A stretch of DNA of 64,000 nucleotides from Eledone cirrhosa (lineage: Eukaryota). The stretch spans positions 22,754,001 to 22,818,000 of the forward strand of contig OZ024745.1 of NCBI GenBank assembly GCA_964016885.1, in the 5' to 3' direction. The notes beneath the pieces were generated by a model. It was not told where the DNA came from. It worked only from the letters and a program-made list of their open reading frames with translations, and did not search any database. Below, piece by piece: positions 15,935 through 29,154 of this stretch. Positions within the stretch are counted from its first letter, which is position 1. Each line of letters starts with the position of its first letter. The position numbers and the translations under genes were made by a program.

Positions 15935-16518
15935 GAATTATTTCCGTAGGAAGGGTAAAGGAAAGGTAAGTGCTCTATGTAAGCTAGAGAGGTATTTAGT
16001 TATGTAATAAACAACGTCTGCGTTGAGGTCGCCTGTCTTCGTGAAACCTTTGGTAAATGGAATAATTGTCTTATGTTGTTTATTACATAACTATATATAT
16101 ATATATATATATTCTCACCTGCTTCACACTTTACTGATATGTCATACAGTAGAATGTCTGTGTGTGTGTATGTGTAGCCGTTTATACTTCCATATAAGCT
16201 GCTTGTCTGTGATCCCAGCATGGCCATATTCTAATAACTGAAAAAAAAAGTAAACCAGTAATACATATATCTATCTATGTGGGGGGGGGGCGAATGTTTA
16301 TGTACTCAAAGCCATACGACCATAACGACATTCACTTCCTCTGCCCTCGCGCACACACTCAGATACACACACATATACACTCACACACACACACACACAC
16401 AATCATACATACACACATATCCCTCCCACACCCCACACCCAACCTCACTCTCAGGAGCGTGAACCTAATAAACCTATATTTGTCTGCCTCTCTCTTTTGT
16501 TCCAGTCTAAATTTGCAC

Positions 16519-16669
<151 letters not shown>

Positions 16670-17103
16670 TATATATATATATATATATACGTTTATAGAT
16701 ATAGTGGTTGCCTTAACACCGTATGGCATAAATTCAGGCTGTTCGGTTTGTTGACAAACAAACGAACAAAGCGGCCGGCGTTATAATAAACGTCGGCTAA
16801 ACTAATGCGTGCATATATGTATGTGTACCTGTATGCATATGTGTATATATATATATATATATAAATGCATGCTACTGTACGTCTGTATACATATGTGTAT
16901 GTACGTATACATACATACTTACATTTAAGTAAGTGCCATACTAAGAGTGAGAAATGAAATTTCGTTTTCATTTTTTTCAACTTATCGTTCTCGGTATGCC
17001 TGACCGATTTAACTCACTCGATATGCAAATTAGGCTGCTCAGCCGTTAATTTTCATAAGGAAAGTATATACTTTCGAACGTTCAACTATCTGGCAGATGG
17101 GTA

Positions 17104-17148
17104 AACGGTGCTGATGATAGCTAACAAGCTTGAAACTAGTACATCGTT
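17104..17148 (+). ncRNA. Type I hammerhead ribozyme (minimal, palindromic stem III)
   Basis: aacggtg-CTGATGA-t-agct-aaca-agct-t-GAAA-ctag-TA-catcgtt: stem I aacggtg/catcgtt, stem II agct/agct, stem III ACTAGT palindrome, GUA cleavage triplet. Confidence 0.82.
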
Positions 17149-17577
17149 CCTGTGTCAGTGTTGAACAAAAAGGTGACGTGGTTGCCTTAACACCGTATGG
17201 CATAAATTCAGGCTGTTCGGTTTGTTGACAAACAAACGAACAAAGCGGCCGGCGTTATAATAAACGTCGGCTAAACTAATGCGTGCATATATGTATGTGT
17301 ACCTGTATGCATATGTGTATATATATATATATATATAAATGCATGCTACTGTACGTCTGTATACATATGTGTATGTACGTATACATACATACTTACATTT
17401 AAGTAAGTGCCATACTAAGAGTGAGAAATGAAATTTCGTTTTCATTTTTTTCAACTTATCGTTCTCGGTATGCCTGACCGATTTAACTCACTCAATATGC
17501 AAATTAGGCTGCTCAGCCGTTAATTTTCATAAGGAAAGTATATACTTTCGAACGTTCAACTATCTGGCAGATGGGTA

Positions 17578-17622
17578 AACGGTGCTGATGATAGCTAACA
17601 AGCTTGAAACTAGTACATCGTT
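17578..17622 (+). ncRNA. Type I hammerhead ribozyme (second tandem unit)
   Basis: Identical to 17104-17148, 474 bp downstream. Confidence 0.82.
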
Positions 17623-17812
17623 CCTGTGTCAGTGTTGAACAAAAAGGTGACGTGGTTGCCTTAACACCGTATGGCATAAATTCAGGCTGTTCGGTTTGTT
17701 GACAAACAAACGAACAAAGCGGCCGGCGTTATAATAAACGTCGGCTAAACTAATGCGTGCATATATGTATGTGTACCTGTATGCATATGTGTATATATAT
17801 ATATATATATAC

Positions 17813-18375
17813 ACTGGTTCATGGTCGGGTCGTTGACGACTAAACTGGCAACCCCACCAAGGTTTCTTGGTGAGGAGGGGGACTTTGGACATCCTGCAGG
17901 ACTAAAAACAAAACCTGTCAAAGGGCAAAGGAGCTCTTAAGAGTCAATGGCCATCCAAAATCACCGGGAGAGATGACCCCTTAGCCTTTGTCAAGGCAGA
18001 ATTCTAGGAGAAGGAAAACTCTGATATAACACCTGCAACCCTGATGGTATCCAATGATGTTGACTTGTTCTTCTTTTTGATAAATATCATCTTGGTTAAG
18101 AGAGTGGGACTGGCTTTGTGCAGTGCCTTTGCTCACTATAAAAGCTTCACGACACAGGCATTGCTTTATATCTGGAGATCTCTCTGCACTTGTAATCACA
18201 TGGTACCATGGGCCCAGCACTATGTGTCAGTAATTGTCACAAGTGTAGTGTTTGTACTAGAGTTTTCAAGTCGCTGGCTGGACTGAAAAGTCACACTCGT
18301 TCAGCGCATCGGTAGGGGTTCTCCTACATGGATATAAAGTAGTGGCCGTACTCGAAAACGAGTTGGCAGCCACCA
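17813..18375 (+). mobile_element. RTE-derived SINE-like repeat, family A, nested in the hammerhead tandem
   Basis: Interrupts the (TA)n of the third 474-bp unit. Confidence 0.72.
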
Positions 18376-18460
18376 TATATATATATATATATAAATGCAT
18401 GCTACTGTACGTCTGTATACATATGTGTATGTACGTATACATACATACTTACAGATATAG

Positions 18461-18498
<38 letters not shown>

Positions 18499-18699
18499 TT
18501 ATAGATATAGTTATATATATATATACATTTATAGGTATAGAATAACTGCAGGAACTTTCTGGTGTCATGATCAGCGTCAAAACACTTTACACGAAGTCTA
18601 GGGAAAGGTAAGTCTATGGGAGGTGGGGTGATGGAGGGGTAGGGGTATCTGACTGTTCAGTGTGTGTGTGTCTGTGGGTGTATGTGTGTGTGTGGTTGA

Positions 18700-18848
18700 A
18701 ATAATTGTTTCTACTTTTGGCACAAGGCCAGCAATTATCCAGTGTATTGTTTTAAGGAGGAAAGGCAAAGTCAACCGCGACGGGATTTGAACTCAGATCG
18801 TAAAGGGGCGTAACTATGCTGGAAAGCATGGCGTCCAACCCTCTACCG
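18700..18848 (-). mobile_element. tRNA-derived SINE (internally deleted)
   Basis: ataattgtttctacttttggcacaaggcc...gggatttgaactcaga. Confidence 0.7.
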
Positions 18849-19170
18849 TGTCGTCCTCACTGACAGTCTCTACTACTACACCACTACCACCATTACTACT
18901 ACTACTACTACTACTACCACTACAACTGCTATTACGACAACCAACACCACCTCCACAATTACTACAACTTCTACCACCACCTCCACCACAACCCCTACTA
19001 CTACTACTCCCACTACAACTATGGCTGCTATCTAATATCTCTCCCTCCCACTACAATGACCTCCACCGCCCCCATCTCAGTAGGCTACGGTCATTGAGAG
19101 CGGCGCCTGTCGCAGCCAACTCATTCCACCCTTGTCACCCCACATATCCTCCTACAACTACCCAGCTACT

Positions 19171-19220
<50 letters not shown>

Positions 19221-19253
19221 ATCTCTTCTCTCTTCAAACATTCACACACACAC

Positions 19254-19283
<30 letters not shown>

Positions 19284-19286
<3 letters not shown>

Positions 19287-19622
19287 AAAAAGTATAACCC
19301 CGACGGCAGAGCTCAAGCCGTTTCGACGGCTATTTCTGGACTGTCGAAACGGCTTGAGCTCTGCCGTCGGGGTTCATACTTTTTCCCATTTCCCACTCTA
19401 ATACCCTAAGTATTGAGTACTCTGGTGCGTTATGATATATATAACAAAGGAATTGTGGTAAGGAACCAGATGGACCATAACACACCAGAGTACTCAATAC
19501 TTAGGGTATTAGAGTGGGAAATGGGAAAAAGTATGACCCCGACGGCAGAGCTCAAGCCGTTTCGACAGTCCAGAAATAGCCGTCAAAACGGCTTGAGCTC
19601 TGCCGTCGGGATCAAACTTTTT

Positions 19623-19625
<3 letters not shown>
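19284..19625. repeat. Palindromic repeat family carrying a hammerhead 3' half (GAAA-cggc..gccg-TC)
   Basis: Two nested inverted repeats of cgacggcagagctcaagccgtttcga; (TA)n flanks. Confidence 0.75.
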
Positions 19626-19672
<47 letters not shown>

Positions 19673-19986
19673 CACATAATACATAATAAACACATATATA
19701 CATAAACACACACACACACACACTCACACATATATATGTGTATATCTTCTCTCTCTCTCCAAACACGCACATGTATATATATATATATGAAGATATACAC
19801 ATATATATGTGTGTGAGTGTGTGTGTGTGTGTGTTTATATATATATGAAGATATACACATATATGTGTGTGAGTGTGTGTGTGTGTGTTTATATATATAT
19901 ATGAAGATATACACATATATATGAGTGTGTGTGTGTGTGTGTTTATATATATATATATATGAAGATATACACATATATATGTGTGA

Positions 19987-20037
<51 letters not shown>

Positions 20038-20066
20038 CATATTTCAAAAATTATATATAAAGTACA

Positions 20067-20108
<42 letters not shown>

Positions 20109-21492
20109 ATACATATATACACACAAAGGGATACGCGCATATGCACACATGCACACAGTCACTCAAAATATATATCTCTTTCTGTCTCTATCTCTATCTC
20201 TTTCTCTCCTTCTCTATCTCCTTCGCTCCCTCTCTAATCATCTCTATCTCTATCTTTCTCTCTTTCTCTCCCTCTATCTGTCTCTTTATTCACACCTTCC
20301 GACGTATTTCATCCCCAACCACACATCCATTGTTTTATTTGTTCTATATTTTGCCATTCCCTACCCCCCACCATCACCATTCTTCTGATTCCATACTATT
20401 CTCTTTCCCCACCCCACCACTAAACGTCCTCCCTCACCCCACATCCCAGCACATTTTCTCTCTTTATATTACCCCCCCCCCCTTCTCCTCCTCTTACCAC
20501 CGCTACCACATAAAAGGCCCGGAATCAGCATTTAACTCTGACCCGTCACTGCAACTCTCTTCCGCCTTTCCAATTGGCAAAAACACCACCACCACCACCA
20601 TCACCATCACTCTGTATATGAGTGTAGCACTTCCACCGCAATCACCACTATCACCTCCACCCATCCCTCATATACCACCTCCATAACTATCTCCCCCAAC
20701 CCACCCCATCGTACTACCGGTGCCACAACCATTACCACCGTCCCATTTAACGAAAAACATTGACATTGCCCCCTCACCAAACACATCTTCCTTCAATTTC
20801 TCGCTTCCCCTTGTTATAATCTCACCTCCTCTCGTTCTTATCATCTCTTCACACCGACCACCACCATCACATTAACCACAACTACCACAACCTTCCCTGC
20901 TAGCCCCAGCCTCAGCGACACCACTCATCACCACCTATTAAATTATTTTAACCCTTACCCCAATCTAAAAAAGAACAACAACATAATACATACAGATTGA
21001 TCCATGCACAAATGCATACACAGACAAAGAATACTACAAAGCTGCATACACATTAACACTGACATATACTCACATACACACAACCATACAAATCACACAC
21101 ACAGACATATATACACAAACACCCAGAAACAGAAATAGACGGTACATACATATAACGAAGATGATCAGATATACATACACAATCATACACATTAGCACAT
21201 AATTCTCTTTAAAACAGACATTCAACGACAGAGATCGGGTCAAATCTTCCTTAAACCACATCATTATATATTTTGTTTTAATGTAAGGGTAATGTAATGA
21301 CTCGTGTGTAATCGTATTGGATGGTCATGGCCAGAATGTCTTTAATTACAAGTCTGTTTTCTGATTGAAAACTATTTCACGTTTGGATTTCTATAAGCTG
21401 AATCTCGGTCTGTTTGGTTTTACAGTCAACTTGGAACTTAACTACAACAAACATTCAACTCTCAGACAAGAATTATATATATATATATATAT

Positions 21493-21700
21493 AACGAAGG
21501 AAATGTGGTAAGGAACGAGATGGACCATAACGCACCAAAGTACTCAATACTTAGGGTAGTAGATTGGGTAATAGGAACGAGTAGGAAACCCGACGGCTGA
21601 GCTCAAGCCGTTTCGAGAGCTAATTCTGGACTAAAAATTGATTTTTAGTCCAGAATTAGCCATCGAAACGGCTTGAGCTCAGCCGTCGGGGTCCTACTTG

Positions 21701-21703
<3 letters not shown>
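21493..21703. repeat. Same palindromic family
   Basis: cccgacggctgagctcaagccgtttcga / tcgaaacggcttgagctcagccgtcggg arms. Confidence 0.75.
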
Positions 21704-21787
<84 letters not shown>

Positions 21788-21979
21788 GGTGGTGTTGTGG
21801 GGAATGTGTGTGTGTGTATGTCTGTGTGTGTGTATGTGTAAACAGGCTGACGAACGAAGTAAGATCAACTTCGGGAAAATCGGAGTATTCAGGTATGCAC
21901 CAGTTAGTCATCTATTCTATACAATATTTGCCTCTATGATTGAATATTGAAGGCTCCTGTGGACACTAAAAACACACAC

Positions 21980-22025
<46 letters not shown>

Positions 22026-22029
22026 TATA

Positions 22030-22733
22030 TAAGTATGTACACGTACATACATATATGTATACAGACGTACTGTAGTATGTATATATATATACATACATGC
22101 ACACATATATATATGTACGTATGGATTCACCGAACATTTATTATAATGCTCGGTGTGTTTGTAAACAAACATCCCGTATTAAGCCGTAGTGTCCAGCAAC
22201 CACCGTTGCTCGTTTGTTCAACACTGACAAAGGAACGCTGTACTAGTTTCAAGCTTATTGGCTTATTAACCGTACTAAGAGTGGGAAATGAAATTTCGTT
22301 TCATTTTTTCCGTTTATCGTTTTCAGTGCACCCGGCCGATTAACCCACTCGATATGCAAATTGGGCTACTCACCCGTTAATATGCATAAGGTAAGTATAT
22401 ACGTTCAACAATCTGGCAGGAAGGTATACGTTGCTGACGATAGCTAATAAGCTTGAAACTAGTACAGCGTTCCTTTGTCAGTGTTGAACAAACGAGCAAC
22501 TATGGTTGCTAGACACTACGGCTTAATACGGAATGTTTGTTTACAAACACACCGAGCATTATAATAAATGTTCGGTGAATCCATACGTACATATATATAT
22601 ATGTGTGCATGTATGTATATATATATACATACTACTGTGCGTCTGTATACATATATGTATGTACGTGTACATACTTATATTTAAGTAACAGCTGTACTAA
22701 GAGTGGGAAATGAAATTTCGTTTCATTTTTTCC

Positions 22734-22737
<4 letters not shown>
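22030..22737. mobile_element. Second locus of the hammerhead element family: inverted partial copy plus forward copy
   Basis: ~22030-22262 is the reverse complement of ~22445-22680. The sequence is homologous to the 474-bp unit and flanked by (TA)n. Confidence 0.8.
22428..22470 (+). ncRNA. Type I hammerhead ribozyme
   Basis: acgttg-CTGACGA-t-agct-aata-agct-t-GAAA-ctag-TA-cagcgt; stem I pairing is kept despite two substitutions relative to other copies. Confidence 0.8.
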
Positions 22738-22774
<37 letters not shown>

Positions 22775-22803
22775 CTTCTACCCGCCGAAATGCGATTCTC
22801 GCG

Positions 22804-22852
<49 letters not shown>

Positions 22853-22867
22853 GAGAGAGAGAGAGAG

Positions 22868-23075
22868 GTAGAACACTGGAAGGTAATATCCGTAGTGGTA
22901 GAGCACTCAGTCCATGATACGAGTTTGGTAGAAGTAGTAACACAACAATTAGTTCACCATACCGAGAACAATTGTTTCACCTTGAGCGGATCTTCAGCAG
23001 TCCGAGCTGAAGATCCGCATAAGGTGAACCAATTGTTCTCGGTATGGTGAACTAACTGTTGTGTTACTACTTCTA
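22868..23075. repeat. Hairpin element with hammerhead arms
   Basis: tagaagtagtaacacaac...tcttcagc / gctgaaga...gttgtgttactacttcta. Confidence 0.75.
23002..23042 (+). ncRNA. Type I hammerhead motif within a long hairpin element
   Basis: ccgag-CTGAAGA-t-cc-gcataa-gg-t-GAAc-caattg-TT-ctcgg. The inverted arm (22962-22998, minus) retains GAAA. Confidence 0.6.
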
Positions 23076-23120
23076 TACATATATATACGGTTTTATAAAG
23101 ATATTTTCCATTTATTAATA

Positions 23121-23194
<74 letters not shown>

Positions 23195-23396
23195 ATAGAG
23201 AAATTAATGTAAGCAAGAAGCCAACAGTAATTCAGATATATAAGTGACTATAACATCAAGATGAAAAATATTTAACGTAAGATATGGGAAAATAATTCAA
23301 TCTTAATTCAAAACAAGTCAAGAAGAAAAAATATATATATATAATATATATATCAATAATATTAATAAATGGAAAATATCTTTATAAAACCATATT

Positions 23397-23457
23397 TATT
23401 TTATTATACATATTTCAATGGTACCAGTATTTTGGTACGCTTTCGTCAGATAAAATA
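23397..23457 (-). ncRNA. Type I hammerhead ribozyme
   Basis: Reverse complement: tattttat-CTGACGA-aa-gc-gtacca-aaatac-tggtac-ca-tt-GAAA-tatgta-TA-ataaaata; 8-bp stem I. Confidence 0.72.
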
Positions 23458-23562
23458 CAATATTTGGTTAACAGATAGTGACTTATCGACATATGAACTT
23501 AATGTTATGAGTTTACTGCGGATAAATTAACTTTGTTGAATAATCAACAAAATAAACAACTC

Positions 23563-23644
<82 letters not shown>

Positions 23645-24447
23645 CACGAGAAGGATATAAAACTCTCTGTGTTTTTAGGTTTCAATATATATATTAAAAG
23701 TTTGGCTCAGAAAATGCATTACTTTCACAGACGAAAAACGAAACACCACCTGATCGTCCAAGACGCTTAATTCAGTTCAACTTTGTGCATCCGAACAACC
23801 AAACTTGTTCTTTCAAACATATATTAAAAACCTGATCATTGCTGAGATTTGATCATTTTTGTGAAGGATTTTTCGTATTTATTTATTAGTTCTGTTTAGT
23901 ACTGGGGTAGATTCCTCACCTTTTGAAATCCTCTCTCGCTTTCTATCTTTCTCCGCAAGAAATCTGCTGTGTTCAACCCTGGAGAGGGATGGGCTCCACC
24001 TGGCTTTAAAATGCCCAAGAAATACCGTATGCATTTACGGCGCCCCTATTACTCCATTAGAAGGTACGGGACTTCGATCAATCGTTGCTTAGTTTAGGAA
24101 AGTAAAGTTTCAACATCCATCTGTTTATTAACGTTCCAAAGCCTTCACAGTTCCGCATAGAGAATCAGAATGGTCGTACTTAAGGCATATTCATTCCTCA
24201 CGTGTTTAGATATGGTCGAAAAGGATTAGAGGAATGGTATGAAACCATTGACGCCTAATTCTTTTTATTTCTTCATTAGTTGAAATATAGCAATTAAAAT
24301 ATACTATAGCTGTGTGTTTATTTTCGTTTTATATTCTGATGTTAGTGGGAGGAATACTAACGTAAGTTTGAGTTTAACGAATATGGAATTTTGTTTAATA
24401 CAGGCAAACATCTGTGTAAAATATTGTGTATATATATATATATATAT

Positions 24448-25132
24448 AACGAAGGAGTTGTGGTAAGAATCCAGATGGACCATAACGCACCAGAGTACTC
24501 GATACTTAGTGTAGTAGAGTGGGTAATAGGAGAAAGTATGACCCCGACGGCAGAGCTCAAGCCGTTTCGACGCCTATTTCTGGACTAAGGTAAGAGTTTC
24601 ATTAGTCTGGTAAATAAATAGCCGAACTTTTCAAGGGGTACTTCCTTATATGGGAAGATTGTAGTTGTCAATAGGGGAGTGAGTAGAGCCGGTCAAGCGT
24701 TGAAGGTGAAATCTACACGGCAAATTCTAAGGAATGTGTATGTCCCCTAATACCATTTGATTTACTATTTCTATAACGTCCCTCCTCCTTTTTCTAAAGA
24801 AACCTTTTTCACCAACCTCCTCTGGCCTACTTTCATACACATTCCTTAGAATTTGCCGTGTAGATTTCACCTTCAACGCTTGACCGGCTCTACCCACTCT
24901 CCTATCGTTCTACAGGCAAGTTCAGCCACCCCCACCCCGCACCCACTGCCATGATAGACTTTTCTGTGTCTGCTACAAATTTTGACCAATCCTCTTGACA
25001 ACTACAATCTTCCCATATAAGGAAGTACCCCTTGAAAAGTTCGGCTATTTATTTACCAGACTAAAAAAACTCTTACCTTAGTCCAGAGATAGCCGTCGAA
25101 ACGGCTTGAGCTCTGCCATCGAGGTCATACTT

Positions 25133-25136
<4 letters not shown>
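24448..25136. repeat. Longest member of the same family; compound inverted repeat
   Basis: 24530-24672 is inverted at 24995-25136 and 24675-24742 is inverted at 24835-24905. Minus strand 24541-24610 reads CTAATGA...gtc-GAAA-cggc..gccg-TC. Confidence 0.75.
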
Positions 25137-25186
<50 letters not shown>

Positions 25187-25195
25187 ATGTGTATG

Positions 25196-25253
<58 letters not shown>

Positions 25254-25406
25254 CATACACATACACACACAGGCACACATACACACATCTACATATATCT
25301 ATTTCTATCTCTATATCACTAACTATTTAAATACTTCAATGTGACGAGTGAAATACGCTATTTGTAAGATAGCGAGTTTGTACAAATATATGTATATATA
25401 TATATG

Positions 25407-25476
<70 letters not shown>

Positions 25477-25552
25477 ATTCATACACATGGACATATACAC
25501 CACATATGCACAATCACACATACACACACACACAGACTGGCACACGCACACA

Positions 25553-25648
<96 letters not shown>

Positions 25649-25831
25649 CAATACGGTACGACGGCCAGAAGGTCCAACTCCAGCACAGTTTCAAATGACA
25701 TGACTTTTTTGATAAATCAACGTCAACGGTTTGCAAACGTCTGTCAAGTACGCCCTTTGACCCCCCAGTTTCACTGCACAGCAAAAAAAAAAAAAAAATA
25801 TATATATAATATATATATATATATGCAGAGG

Positions 25832-25911
<80 letters not shown>

Positions 25912-26134
25912 GCACACATAAAATAAAAGAGAAAAAACAAAACAAAATATTAAGGATCTAGAAATAATACAACAAAAGCAACAACAACGACGACCTACCA
26001 ATAAGAGTCGGGGCTGGTGACGTCGGAAGGTGGCTTTTTCTCTCTTTTTCTCCTCTATAGTTCTTCCTTTATTATTTTTATTGTTATATTTTTTATATAA
26101 TATGAATGTCGTTGTTATTCATTTTTAATCGTAT

Positions 26135-27185
26135 TATTGTTGTTATTGCTTTTGTTGTTTTTGTTGTTTTTGCCGTCGTTGTTATTGCTATTGTTGTTGT
26201 TGTTGTTACTGTCGTCATTGTTGTTGTTGCTATTGTTGATGTTACTGCAGTCATTGTTGTTGCTATTGCTGTTGTTGTTGTTGTTGTTGTTGTTGTTACT
26301 AGCGTCATTGTTGTGGCTATTGTTGTTGCTATTGTTGTTGTTACTGCCGTCGTTGTTATTGCTATTGTTGTTGTTGTTGTTACTGTCGTCATTGTTGTTG
26401 TTGCTATTGTAGATGTTACTGCAGTCATTGTTGTTGCTATTGCTGTTGTTGTTGTTGTTGTTGTTACTAGCATCATTGTTGTTGCTATTGTTGTTGCTAT
26501 TGTTGTTGTTACTGGCGTCGTTGTTGTTGCTATTGTTGTTGTTACTGGCGTCGTTGTTGTTGCTATTGTTGTTGTTACTGGCGTCGTTGTTGTTGCTATT
26601 GTTGTTGTTACTGGTGTCGTTGTTGTTGCTATTGTTGTTGTTACTGGTGTCGTTGTTGTTGCTATTGTTGTTGTTACTGGTGTCGTTGTTGTTGCTATTG
26701 TTGTTGTTACTGGCGTCGTTGTTGTTGCTATTGTTGTTGTTACTGGCGTCGTTGTTGTTGTTATTGTTGTTGTTACTGGCGTCGTTGTTGTTGCTATTGT
26801 TATTGTTACTGGTGTCGTTGTTGTTGCTATTGTTGTTGTTACTGGCGTCGTTGTTGTTGCTATTGTTGTTGTTACTGGCGTCGTTGTTGTTGTTATTGTT
26901 GTTGTTACTGGCGTCGTTGTTGTTGCTATTGTTGTTACTGGTGTCGTTGTTGTTGCTATTGTTGTTGCTATTGTTGTTGTTACTGGCGTCGTTGTTGTTG
27001 CTATTTTTATTGTTTCTGGTGTCGTTGTTGTTGCTATTGTTGTTGTTACTGGTGTCGTTGTTGTTGCTATTGTTGTTCTTACTGGCGTCGTTGTTGTTGT
27101 TATTGTTGTTGTTACTGGTGAAGTTGTTGTTGCTATTGTTGTTGTTACTGGTGTCGTTGTTGTTGCTATTGTTGTTGTTGATATT
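26135..27185. repeat. (GTT)-based minisatellite with 30/33-bp unit (actggcgtcgttgttgttgctattgttgttgtt)
   Basis: Direct inspection. Confidence 0.9.
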
Positions 27186-27451
27186 GTCGGTCCTGTCACT
27201 GTGTTGGGTATTTTTCCTTCTTTTTATTTTTCTCCTCTTTATAATTATTTTGTCGTTTTACTTGCAGGATTTGTTTGTTTTGTGTGCGTGTGTGTATGTA
27301 TGTTTGTGTGTGTGCATGTTTGCATGTGTGTTTGTTTATGCAAGTATGTGTGTGTGTGTATTTGTTTGTTTATTTATGTGTATGTATTTGCGGTCTTAGC
27401 TGTCGACGCCAACCTTTTTTGGTCGTTGATTTCATATTGTTTCATATACAA

Positions 27452-27556
<105 letters not shown>

Positions 27557-27609
27557 TGCGTGTATGTGTATATATATATATATATATACACACATACACG
27601 CACACACAT

Positions 27610-27656
<47 letters not shown>

Positions 27657-27700
27657 TATAATATTGGAAAAGTAAATAACAACAACAAGGAGTACAGTTA

Positions 27701-27746
<46 letters not shown>

Positions 27747-27911
27747 TATTTGTCGCTGTCGCCATTTTGTTTATTATACTAGCTGTGTTAGCTGATGTTA
27801 TTATTATTTTTGTTTTAGTTATTATTGCCGCCATTGTTGTTGTTGTTATTGTTGTTATTTCCATTGATGTTCATTTTTGCTGTTGTTACCCCTGTTGTTA
27901 TTGTTGTTGTT

Positions 27912-28266
27912 GTTGGTGGTGGTGGTGCTGGTAATGGTGGTGCTGGTGGTGGTGGTAGTGGTGGTGCTGGTGGTGGGGGTAGTGATGGTGGTGGAATTAG
28001 TGGTGGCGGTGGTAGTGGTGGTGGTGGTGGTGGTGGTGGTGGTGGTGGTGGTGGTGGTGGCGGTGGTGGTGGTGGTGGTGGTGGTGGCGGTGGTGGAATT
28101 AGTGGTGGTGGTGGTAGTGGTGGTGGTGGTGGTGGTGGTGGTGGTGGTGGTGGTGGTGGTGGTGGTGGTGGTGGTGGTGATGCGAGGGAGGTGGTGGCGG
28201 TGGGGGGGGGGGGGGGGGGGGGGTACTGGTGGTAGTAGTGGTCTTAGTGGTGGTGGTGGTGGTGGT
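27912..28266. repeat. (GGT)n microsatellite and poly-G
   Basis: Direct inspection. Confidence 0.9.
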
Positions 28267-28834
28267 CTAGTTTCTGTTTGTTTTGTTGTTTTTTCTTTGT
28301 TATGCTCGTAGTTCTTTGTTTTTTCGGCTTGCATGCGCATTTGTGCTTAGGCGCATGTTTGTATATGCGTATGTGCATAAGTGTATGTGTGTATATGTGT
28401 GTTTATGTATATGTGTGTATGTGTGTATGTATGTATGTATGTTTGTATATGTATATGCGTATGTGTGTATATGTGTATATATGTGCATATGTGTATGCGT
28501 GTGTGTCTGTGTGTGTATATGTATATGTGTGTATATATGTATGTATATGTGTATGTATGTATACATGTGTATGTGTGTATATATGTGTATGTGTGTATAT
28601 ATGTGAGTGTGTATGTTCATGTCGCTTATTTTAAATGTCCTTTTGTTGTTCTTTTTCCATGTATTTCGAGTGTTTTCCCCATGGTTGGTGAACGGTTTGA
28701 TGTATGGGAGGGACTGGACTGCTTAGCCTTTATTTTACTATCTCAACTGCTTTATTTGGTTACATATACGACTGCATCAGCATACACACACATACACACG
28801 CACGCATATACATATATGTATATGCGTGCGTGAG

Positions 28835-28950
<116 letters not shown>

Positions 28951-29154
28951 TACGTATATATGTATATATGTATATATATGATGAAATTTCTGCAAAATCT
29001 TTAGCCAAATGTGTATATAAATGACTGGGCAGCCATTTATATACAAATTGACATGAAGATATGACTAACGGCTATCGCTTGCAGTTTTATAGGCGTTGAC
29101 AGTTCATGAAACCAGTGGTTAGGGATTATTATTATTAATATTATTATTATTATT

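Larger units (their letters stand above)
16704..17810 (+). mobile_element. Tandem array (~2.3 units) of a 474-bp non-coding hammerhead-bearing element (retrozyme / Penelope pLTR-like)
   Basis: Units start at 16704, 17178 and 17652 (gtggttgccttaacaccg) and are near identical. One hammerhead per complete unit. Embedded in (TA)n; the third unit resumes at ~18376-18453 after a nested insertion. Confidence 0.85.

Noticed and set aside
25660-25775. Possible minus-strand exon after a poly-T..cag acceptor
   Set aside because: No recognisable protein and a weak donor; cannot be supported without transcripts.
27825-28340. Gly-rich or Pro/Thr-rich protein
   Set aside because: (GGT)n microsatellite.
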